Source of the DNA: Squalus acanthias
Lineage: Eukaryota
Direction: 5' to 3'
Assembly: GCA_030390025.1 (NCBI GenBank)
Contig: CM059438.1
Span: forward strand, 59,894,001 to 59,958,000
Length of the DNA stretch: 64,000 nucleotides
Shown here: in pieces, positions 53,401 through 62,619 of the stretch
Numbering within the stretch: position 1 is the first letter of the stretch
Layout: each line of letters starts with the position of its first letter
Position numbers and translations under genes: made by a program
Notes under the pieces: generated by a model
What the model saw: the letters and a program-made list of their open reading frames with translations, nothing else
The model's database searches: none
Told to the model about the DNA's origin: nothing

Positions 53401-55442
53401 AGTCTCTCTGTCTGTGAGTGAGTGTCCCACAGTCTCTCTGTCTGTGAGTGTGTGTCCCACAGTCTGTCTGTGAATGTGTGTCCCACAGTCTCTCTGTCTG
53501 TGAGTGTGTGTCCCACAGTCTCTCTGTCTGTGAGTGAGTGTCCCACAGTCCCTCTGTCTGTGAGTGTGTGTCCCACAGTCTGTCTGTGAGTGTGTGTCCC
53601 ACAGTCTGTCTGTGAGTGAGTGTCCCACAGTCTCTCTGTCTGTGAGTGTGTGTCCCACAGTCTCTCTGTGTGTGAATGTGTGTCCCACAGTCTGTAAGTG
53701 TGTGTCCCACAGTCTGTCTGTGAATGTGTGTCCCACAGTCTGTCTGTGAGTGTGTGTCCCACAGTCTGTCTGTGAGTGTGTGTCCCACAGTCTGTCTGTC
53801 TGTGAGTGAGAGTCCCACAGTCTCTGTCTGTGAGTGTGTGTCCCACAGTCTGTCTGTGAGTGTGTGTCCCACAGTCTCTGTCTGTGAGTGTGTGTCCCAC
53901 ATTCTCGATGTCTGTGAGTGAGTGTCCCACAGTCTCTCTGTCTGTGAGTGTGTGTCCCACAGTCTGTCTGTGAGTGAGTGTCCCACAGTCTCTCTGTCTG
54001 TGAGTGTGTGTCCCACAGTCTGTCTGTGAGTGTGTGTCCCACAGTCTCTCTGTGAGTGTGTGTCCCACAATCTCTCTGTGAGTGTGTGTCCCACAGTCTG
54101 TCTGAGTGTGTGTCCCACAGTCTGTCTGTGAGTGAGTGTCCCACAGTCTCTCTGTCTGTGAGTGTGTGTCCCACAGTCTGTCTGTGAATGTGTGTCCCAC
54201 AGTCTGTGAGTGTGTGTCCCACAGTCTCTGTGAGTGTGTGTCCCACAGTCTCTGTGAGTGTGTGTCCCACAGTCTCTCTGTGTGTGAGTGTGTGTCCCAC
54301 AGTCTGTGAGTGTGTGTCCCACAGTCTCTGTGAGTGTGTGTCCCACAGTCTCTCTGTCTGTGAGTGAGTGTCCCACAGTCTGTGAATGTGTGTCCCACAG
54401 TCTGTCTGTGAGTGTGTGTCCCACAGTCTGTCTGTGAGTGTGTGTCCCACAGTCTCTCTGTCTGTGAGTGTGTGTCCCACAGTCAGTCTGTGAGTGTGTG
54501 TCCCACAGTCTGTGAGTGTGTGTCCCACAGTCTGTGAGTGTGTGTCCCACAGTTTCTGTGTGTGAGTGTGTGTCCCACAGTCTCTCTGTCTGTGAGTGTG
54601 TGTCCCACAGTCTCTCTGTGTGTGAATGTGTGTCCCACAGTCTGTGAGTGTGTGTCCCACAGTCTGTGAGTGTGTGTCCCACAGTCTGTCTGTGAGTGTG
54701 TGTCCCACAGTCTGTCTGTGAGTGTGTGTCCCACAGTCTGTCTGTCTGTGAGTGAGTGTCCCACAGTCTCTGTCTGTGAGTGTGTGTCCCACAGTCTGTC
54801 TGTGAGTGTGTGTCCCACAGTCTCTGTCTGTGAGTGTGTGTCCCACAGTCTCTCTGTCTGTGAGTGAGTGTCCCACAGTCTCTCTGTCTGTGAGTGAGTG
54901 TCCCACAGTCTCTCTGTCTGTGAGTGTGTGTCCCACAGTCTGTCTGAGTGTGTGTCCCACAGTCTGTCTGTGAGTGAGTGTCCCACAGTCTCTCTGTCTG
55001 TGAGTGTGTGTCCCACAGTCTGTCTGTGAATGTGTGTCCCACAGTCTCTCTGTCTGTGAGTGTGTGTCCCACAGTCTGTGAGTGTGTGTCCCACAGTCTC
55101 TGTGAGTGTGTGTCCCACAGTCTCTCTGTCTGTGAGTGTGTGTCCCACAGTCTGTGAATGTGTGTCCCACAGTCTGTCTGTGAGTGTGTGTCCCACAGTC
55201 TGTCTGTGAGTGTGTGTCCCACAGTCTCTCTGTCTGTGAGTGTGTGTCCCACAGTCAGTCTGTGAGTGTGTGTCCCACAGTCTGTGAGTGTGTGTCCCAC
55301 AGTCTGTCTGTGAGTGTGTGTCCCACAGTTTCTGTGTGTGAGTGTGTGTCCCACAGTCTGTCTGTGAGTGTGTGTCCCACAGTCTGTCTGTGAGTGTGTG
55401 TCCCACAGTATCTCTGTGTGTGAGTGTGTGTCCCACAGTCTC
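50465..55442. repeat. Minisatellite, 24-32-bp variable unit GTCCCACAGTCT(CT)nGTCTGTGAGTGTGT
   Basis: Directly visible ~5-kb array; constant GTCCCACAGTC core with variable CT/GT dinucleotide counts. Confidence 0.98.
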
Positions 55443-55444
55443 TT

Positions 55445-55777
55445 GTTGCCAACGCTCCAGGAGTGCCCTGGAGTCTCCAGTTATTAACAATTAATCTCCC
55501 GGACATTGCTGCGAGCAACCCAGGAGAAAAATCATTGGGGAATAAAACATTAGTGTGTTTCTTAAATTTTCTTTGAACACTTTTGTTTATTAGTTATAAA
55601 AATATTAGACATGGAAATAAAGGCTGTGAACTGAAGTGATGAATTGTCATGGGCAGGTGGTGTAACACGGACATGTCTGGCGAGCAATGGCGCGAGCTTG
55701 GGGGCGGAGCATTTGGAGGCAGGGGGTCATGTATTGAAACGTCCAGGAGTAATGTCCGACCAGCCTAGGCAACCCTA
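55445..55777 (-). mobile_element. hAT-like MITE, same family as 49368-49645, opposite orientation
   Basis: Ends GTTGCCAAC ... GGCAACCCTA (TIRs of TAGGGTTGCC type). Confidence 0.65.
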
Positions 55778-56085
55778 TCTCTACTGATTCTCCTCGCTAG
55801 CCCTGGAAGAAAAACACTCACCTGTTGGAAGGTGTGAGAAGGTTGTTGGCAACCCCTTATCAAATCTTCTGATTGGAAGGGGGTTGGGCTCCACCTCTGA
55901 GGCCCACATTCAGCAGACGTTCCAGCATTTGGGCCTGACCAGGCGGAGACCCAGAAGAGGAAGCAGGGGGCATTCCCGCATCACTTCCCTCTCACTGACA
56001 TGCCTGTAACACCTGGAAGCTCTGTATCTGCACCCTGGGGACACCCGAGAAAAGTATGCGCAGTGCAAAGAGAGCAGAAACCCAG

Positions 56086-56702
56086 CAACAACAACAAGAA
56101 CTTGCATTTATATAGCGCCTTTAACATAGTAAAACATTCCAAGGCGCTACACAGGAGCATTATTAAATCAAATTTGACACCAAGCCACATGAGATATTAG
56201 AGCAGATGAACTTAAGCTTGGTTAAAAAGGTAGGTTTAAAGGAGCGTCTTAAAGGAGGAAAGAGAGGCAGAGAGGTTTAGGGAGGGAATACCAGAGCTTA
56301 GGACCTTGGCAGTTGAAGGCACGGCCGCCAGTGGTGGAGCAATTAAAATCAGGGATGCGCAAGAGACCAGAATTAGAGGAGCACAGATATCTCGGGGAGT
56401 TGTGGGGCTGAAGGAGATTACAGAGATAGGGAGAGGTGAGGCCATGGAGGGATTTGAAAATAAGGGTGAGAATTTTAAAAATCGAGGCATTGCTCAACCG
56501 GGAGCCAATGTAGGTCAGCGAGCACAGGGGTGAAGGGTGAACGGGACTTGGTGCGAGTTAGGAAAAGGGCAGCCGAGTTTTGGATGAGCTCAAGTTTATG
56601 GAGGGTGGAAGATGGGAGGCCAGCCAGGAGAGCATTGGAATAGTCAAGTCTAGAGGTGACAAAGGCACGGATGAGGGTTTCAGCAGCAGATGAGCTGAGG
56701 CA
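56086..56702 (-). mobile_element. L2 LINE 3' end
   Basis: AETLIRAFVTSRLDYSNALLAGLP...LADLHWLPV, FKILTLIFKSLHGL; tail GGCGCTATATAAATGCAAGTT(CTT)(GTT)n on - strand. Confidence 0.92.
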
Positions 56703-56789
56703 TAATGGGTCTCCTTCCATTCTTCACTTGCATTTCACCTGGGCAATAGGCACACCCAGGATGCAAAGTGGAGCGATATCAGCCTCCTT

Positions 56790-56855
56790 ATCTTATCCAA
56801 TGTGGCACTTTATCGAAGGCCTTTTGAAGATCTAGGTATACAACATCAACAAGAC
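56790..56855 (-). mobile_element. Small CR1 RT fragment
   Basis: Reverse strand encodes VDVVYLDLQKAFDKVPH. Confidence 0.7.
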
Positions 56856-56914
56856 TGCCTTCAGGCCTCTAACACCATCGACTGATGCAACATTAGGGTT
56901 GATCTTTCTACTCA

Positions 56915-57372
56915 GCCGAGGCTTGGTTGATAGCTTCTCGCCTCTGAGTCAGAAGGTTGCGGGTTTAAGTCCCACTCATGAGACTTGAGCACAAAATCTA
57001 AAATGACACTCCAGTGCAGAATTGATGGAGTGCTACACTATCGGAGGTGCCGTCTTTTGGATGAGACATTAAACCAAAGTCTGCTCTCTCAGGTGGACGC
57101 AAATGATCCCATGACACTATTTCGAAGACGAGCAGGGGAGTTCTCTCCGGTGTCCTGGGCCAATATTTATCCTTCAACCAACATCAGTGAAAAAACAGAT
57201 GACCTGGTCATTATCACATTGCTGTTTGTGGGAGCTTACTGTGCGCAAATTGGCTGCCGCGTTTTCTGCATTACAACAGTGACCACACTCCAAAAGTTCT
57301 TCATTGGCTGTAAAGCACTTTGGGACATCCTGAGGTGGTGAAAGGCGCTACAGAAATGCAAATCTTTCTTTC
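56915..57372 (+). mobile_element. DeuSINE (SacSINE1-like), near full length
   Basis: tRNA-derived head with B-box-like GGGTTTAAGTCCC, central domain shared with 47452-47850, L2-like tail AGGCGCTACAGAAATGCAA. Confidence 0.8.
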
Positions 57373-57409
57373 CTTTAATGGCAAATTGGTTAATTGGACT
57401 AAAAACTGG

Positions 57410-57482
57410 CTCAGCAACAGCTGGGAGCCAATGTAAGTCAGCGAGCACAGGGGTGATGGGTGAACGGGACTTGGTGCGAGTT
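57410..57482 (-). mobile_element. Short L2 fragment
   Basis: Near copy of 56495-56560 (GGGAGCCAATGTAAGTCAGCGAGCACAGGGGTG). Confidence 0.75.
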
Positions 57483-58049
57483 GCTCCCGACCCATGCGCT
57501 GGGTGCTAGACATGCATAGTGCACCTGAAATGCTCAGTATGTGTCAAGGCCTCTTTGCACCCAATATTACTCTCCTGACCCATTTATTTCCCAGCAGAAT
57601 CTTTGGGTCCTGAGGCCCAAATGCCAGAAGAGCCTGTAGAGAAAGAAAAAAAAGAACTCCCTTACCTGCTGCTGCAGCTCTCTTCAGGTTCTGCCAGACT
57701 TCCCTCAGACCCTCTAATTTTAGGAGTGTCCCGGGGCAAAAGCCCCAACGCCAGCTTTTATGGGACACTTGTGTTTGCGCACCCCATGGGCATATGTGGA
57801 GGAAAGAGGTCAGAGGACCAGGAACGCTCTTCCTTGCCTCTCAACACTGGGCCTACACCTACTGTGGACACAGCCCCTGGTCTGTCCATTTGGGAAAGCC
57901 CTGGAAGCCCTAGGGGCAACATAGTTGGGGCGTAGACCTGACATAGCAAGTGCCCACCCTTGTTTCCTCTCTGTAGTGCCAGGGGATTGAGCATTCCTCA
58001 AACACTGCAGAGAGGAAGATGAACCCTCTTCTCCTTTAGTATCCCAACT

Positions 58050-58065
58050 CCACAAGATGGCGCTG
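58050..58065 (+). promoter_or_regulatory. Candidate CTCF/YY1 site
   Basis: CCACAAGATGGCGCTG resembles CCASYAGRKGGCRS (1 mismatch) and contains the YY1 core AAGATGGCG; motif match only. Confidence 0.3.
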
Positions 58066-58239
58066 AGCTAACCTAAGAACTGACGACAGCAGCATTGCTC
58101 CACAGCTATCTATTCTTCCCCATCCCAGATAAAGAAGACCAGTTAACCCAAATTTTAGTTACCCTACCAATGTGTGGAACAAGTGTGTTCAGTGTGTTTC
58201 TCTCTCAGAGCTTCTCCATTTGACACCATGCTGTGTGTA

Positions 58240-58680
58240 GGAACATAGGAACTTAGGAACAGGAGTAGGCCATTCAGCCCCTCATTCCTGTTCACCATTC
58301 AATTAGATCATGGTTGATCTGCACCTCAACCCCATTTACCCGGCTTGGTTCCATAACCCTTACTACCCTTTGCCTAACAAAAATCTATTAATCTCAGTTT
58401 TGAAATTTTCAATTGACCCCCAGCCTCAACAGATTTTTGGGGGAGAGAGTTCCAGATTTCCACTACATTTTGTGTGAAGAAGTGCTTCCTGACATCACCC
58501 TTGAACGGCCTGGCTCTAATTTTAAGGTTATGCCCCCTTGTTCTGGACTCCCCTCACCAGAGGAAATCGTTTCTCTCTATCTACCCTATCAACTCCTTTA
58601 ATCATAAACACCTCAATTAGATCATCCCTTAATCTTCTATACTTGAGGGAATACAAGCCTAGTCTATGCAACCTGTCCTC
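58240..58680 (-). mobile_element. CR1 3' fragment
   Basis: GGAACATAGGAACTTAGGAACAGGAGTAGGCCATTCAGCCC is the reverse of a CR1 3' tail; followed by reverse ORF2 C-terminus. Confidence 0.85.
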
Positions 58681-59843
58681 TTTTAGTCTTCTGCCTTTAA
58701 CCACGTTTCTCCAGTGTGTAGCTGCTGGGTGTCAGCGTCTGTCTCTCAGGAGGGAAGTGGTCCAGTACCTTCTTGGGCTGCTGGGGAGTGGCTCGCCCTG
58801 CAACCACAGGCGCTATGGGATCTAATGCAGTGTCTGCCTGAGCCTGTAGGCTTTCTGACACACCTGCAGTCACTTGAATGGGGTTACAGCTGGGGCATCG
58901 CTCTGAGAGACGCCTCCAGCCTCCAGCTCCTGTCATTCCCCTGTTGCTCAGTGGGAAGAAGTGGATAGTGAATGGGAAGAAAATAGTCGAGTGACTCAGG
59001 AGCGTAGTGACTTAAAGGCGGTGTTCCGGGTGCTGCGAGAGCAGCACGAGGAACTCAAAACGTGTGCTGATCATTCAGCATGCGAGGAAGAGATTGAACG
59101 GCTCCAGCACAAGCTACAGAGACAGAGAGGTACAGTCTGTGCTGGGGCAGGGGCCGTGGAGGAAGGGAATGCGTTAGACACGCGGTGGAAGAAGGCAGAA
59201 GAGGAAGTTGTGGAAGGTGAAGAGGAAGGTGGTGGTAGCATAGGGCGAGGAGTAATGTGTCCGGTACGGCAGACGAAAGCATCACTGGTGGCTGGGGAAG
59301 ACCCGGTAGTGTCGAATTATGATGAAGCTTATACGCCCTCACAATTAAGGGAAGCAGCAAGAGATTTAGGAACCCTCGGACGGATGGAAGGGCACTTTTT
59401 GCACTTAGAAACGATGGCTGTGATGCAGGGTTTTGACAAATCCGAGAAAAAGAGGTGTTTGCTTTTTAGTCTGGATGGGGCGGTTCTGGCTGGGCTACCC
59501 CGAGACACCAAGTGTGCCCGACCCGCGGTAACTTGGGGCAATACTAAGTGACACATTTGAGAAGCTTGCGGGTATGGAAGGGGCGATTCGTTTAAGATCA
59601 TGGCACAAACTATGCAGGGGGAGGAGGAACACCCAGAAGCGTTTGCTAGCAGATTGTGGCCTGTTTATAATGAAACACAAGGATCGGAATCGATTGGCAG
59701 GAGACGGTCTCTGCCGATGGTTAAGGGCACTTATAGCTTGCATGGAACCCGTTACTAACACAGCCGTGTCAGGGTTTGATTTGGGAGACCCAGGCATGAC
59801 AGAAGCTCAAGTGTTGAGGAAGTTGATTATGTTTTGGGAGGAT

Positions 59844-61342
59844 TCTAACAGGAAGCAGAGAGTTGGGATAAATGGTTCATTCTCGGACTGGCAACCAGTA
59901 GCCAGTGGTGTTCCGCAGGGGTCGGTGCTGGGTCCCCAACTCTTTACAATCTATATTAACGATTTGGAGGAGGGGACCGAGTGTAACATATCAAAGTTTG
60001 CAGATGATACAAAGATGGGAGGGAAAGTAGAGAGTGAGGAGGACATAAAAAACCTACAAGGGGATATAGACAGGCTGGGTGAGTGGGCAGAGATTTGGCA
60101 GATGCAATACAATATTGGAAAATGTGAGGTTATGCACTTTGGCAGGAAAAATCAGAGAGCAAGTTATTATCTTAATGGCGAGAAACTGGAAAATACTGCG
60201 GTACAAAGGGATCTGGGGGTCCTAGTGCAAGAAAATCAAAAAGTTAGTATGCAGGTGCAGCAGGTGATCAAGAAGGCCAACGGAATGTTGGCTTTTATTG
60301 CTAAGGGGATAGATTATAAAAACAGGGAGGTATTGCTGCAGTTATATAAGGTATTGGTGAGACCGCACCTGGAATACTGCATACAGTTTTGGTGCCCATA
60401 CTTAAGAAAAGACATACTTGCTCTCGAGGCAGTACAAAGAAGGTTCACTCGGTTAATCCCCGGGATGAGGGGGTGGACATATGAGGAGAGGTTGAGTAGA
60501 TTGGGACTCTACTCATTGGAGTTCAGAAGAGTGAGAGGCGATCTTATTGAAACATATAAGATTGTGATGGGCAACACGGTGGCATAGTGGTTAGCACTGT
60601 TGCCTCACAGCGCCAGGGACCTGGGTTCGAATCCGGCCTCGGTTGACTGTCTGTGTGGAGTTTGCACATTCTTCCCGTGTCTGCGTGGGTTTCCTCCGGG
60701 TGCTCCGGTTTCCTCCCACAGTCCAAAGATGTGCGGGTTAGGTTGATTTGGCTATGATAAATTGACCCTTAGTGTTAGGGGGGATTAAATACGTGGGGTT
60801 ACGGGGATAGGGTGGGATATGTGTCGGTGCAGGCTCGATGGGCCGAAATGGCCTCTATCTGCACTGTGGGGATTCTGTGAAGGGGCTTGATCGGGTGGAT
60901 GCGGTAAGGATGTTCCCAAGGATGGGTGAAACTAGAACTAGGGGGCATAATCTTAGAATAAGGGGCTGCTCTTTCAAAACTGAGATGAGGAGAAACTTCT
61001 TCACTCAGAGGGTAGTAGGTCTGTGGAATTTGCTGCCCCAGGAAGCTGTGGAAGCTATATCATTAAGTAAATTTAAAACCGAAATAGACAGTTTCCTAGA
61101 AGTAAAGGGAATTAGGGGTTACGGGGAGCGGGCAGGAAATTGGACATGAGGCTGAGTTCGGATCGGTCGAGGCCCTGTGGGTGGTGTAGCGGGTCCAGGG
61201 GCTGAGTGGCCAGGTCCCGCTCCTACTTCTTGTGTTCTTTAGATTTGAGGTGAGGATCAGATCAGCCATGATCTTATTGAATGGCGGAGCAGGCTCGAAG
61301 GGCCGATTGGCCTACTCCTGCTCCTATTTCTTATGTTCTTAT
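59844..61342 (+). mobile_element. 5'-truncated CR1 LINE inserted in gag
   Basis: GVPQGSVLGPQLF, KFADDTK, LVRPHLEYCIQFW; tail TTCTTATGTTCTTAT. Removing it rejoins gag in frame (FWED|KQDQQD). Confidence 0.93.
60568..60875 (+). mobile_element. HE1-like V-SINE inserted in the CR1
   Basis: A box TGGCATAGTGG, B box GGTTCGAATCC, V-domain GGGTTTCCTCCGGGTGCTCCGGTTTCCTCCCACA; TGTGA duplication (60563-67 / 60876-80). Removal restores YKIVKGLDRV. Confidence 0.9.
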
Positions 61343-61720
61343 AAACAGGACCAACAGGATAGGAACAAGGTAGAAGGGGGGAAGAAAGGAAAAGTGCAGG
61401 AGATGAAACCCCAGGTAACTCCAGACCCGGCCCCTAAACAGGGCCAGGGGAGACAGTGGAGATATGAAGGAGCAAAGCCGAGGGGGCCACCTGTGGGAAA
61501 AACGAGTGTAAGTAACCAACCAGGTAGAGATAGCAGGGAATGCTATAACTGTGGGAAGCTCGGCCATATAGCACAGGAGTGCTAGGCGCCGAGGAATAGG
61601 AAAGGACCGAGAAAGAATCCTGGGGGTGGTGGGCCTCAGGATGCAATAGTACGGCTGGCCCAGGCCTTGGAGACGGTAGTAAGCCAGGCTGGAGGTAAAT
61701 GTAATTCCTCCAAGGGAGGA

Positions 61721-62549
61721 CAAAAATGAGAAGTCGCACAACACCAGGTTATAGTCCAACAATTTTATTTGAAATCACAAGCTTTCGGAGCTTACGTGGC
61801 CCCTTCCTCAGGTGAAGTAAAGAAATACAGACTCGACAAAGCATATATAGATAGAGAACAATGCATGTGTAACTTACAATGGCAGACAACTACATTTAAA
61901 TCATCCTGACTGTTTATCTGCCGAGGTGTGACAAAAGGCAATCAGGTCAGCCAGGAAGGTACCACATCAAAGACATAGCAAGATACAACTGAGACAATGA
62001 GGTGGAGTCACAGGGGGTCCAATGTGTCAAAAGCCGCAGTCGGTATGGGAAACGATAAACTTTAAAAAAAATTACTTTTTTACTGGGAATCACATCTGTG
62101 AACAAGCCAACGACGACTCGTCGTTGGCTTGTTCACAGATGTGATTCCCAGTAAAAAAGTAAAAAAATTTAAAGTTTATCGTTTCCCATACCGACTGCGG
62201 CTTTTGACACATTGGACCCCCTGTGACTCCACCTCATTGTCTCAGTTGTATCTTGCTATGTCTTTGATGTGGTACCTTCCTGGCTGACCTGATTGCCTTT
62301 TGTCACACCTCGGCAGATAAACAGTCAGGATGATTTAAATGTAGTCGTCTGCCATTGTAAGTTACACATGCATTGTTCTCTATCTATATATGCTTTGTCG
62401 AGTCTGTATTTCTTTACTTCACCTGAGGAAGGGGCCACGTAAGCTCCGAAAGCTTGTGATTTCAAATAAAACTGTTGGAATATAACCTGGTGTTGTGCGA
62501 CTTCTCATTGTTGTCCACCCCAGTCCAACACCGGCATCTCCGCATCATG
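61721..62549. mobile_element. Penelope-like long palindrome (family B)
   Basis: 399-bp arms 61718-62116 / 62118-62516 around one central base, same tail as the 46897 element, 12-bp TSD TCCAAGGGAGGA (61709-61720, 62550-62561). Confidence 0.92.
62419..62459 (+). ncRNA. Minimal hammerhead ribozyme (mirror copy on - strand 61775-61815)
   Basis: TCAC-CTGAGGA-A-GGGGC(CACGTAA)GCTCC-GAAA-GC-TT-GTGA. Confidence 0.8.
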
Positions 62550-62619
62550 TCCAAGGGAGGAGACAGAGGGGAACCTAAGCTGGTACCCTCCGCACCCTCC
62601 GAACAATGAAGGGGTCGTA

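Larger units (their letters stand above)
58961..62609 (+). pseudogene. gag: Retroviral gag, interrupted by CR1 (59844-61342) and Penelope (61721-62549) inserts
   Basis: MHR-like QGEEEHPEAFASRL at 59615-59656 (frame of 58961, past two TGA); CYNCGKLGHIAQEC; C-terminal PSAP 62586-62597, TGA 62607-62609. Confidence 0.8.

Noticed and set aside
50465..55442. CACAGTC resembling the V(D)J RSS heptamer CACAGTG (also AACAGTG in the satellite)
   Set aside because: No nonamer at 12/23-bp spacing and no V/D/J segments.
50293..55490. 1300-1600-aa His/Thr/Cys-rich ORFs on the - strand
   Set aside because: All three frames are open because the CA-rich minisatellite strand lacks stops; unit lengths are not constrained to multiples of 3.
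57540..58950. Possible host exons or 5' LTR (ORFs 57603-57935, 58697-58936)
   Set aside because: No recognisable domain, no convincing paired splice sites, no TG...CA/PBS identified; cannot be supported without a search.
60569..60640. tRNA gene
   Set aside because: It is the tRNA-derived head of a V-SINE, continuous with the V-domain and LINE-like tail.
59847..61350. AACAGGA as TSD of the nested CR1
   Set aside because: Using it leaves gag out of frame; the left copy is part of CR1 coding sequence (NRKQRV). Junction 59843/61343 restores the frame, so the match is probably chance or microhomology.
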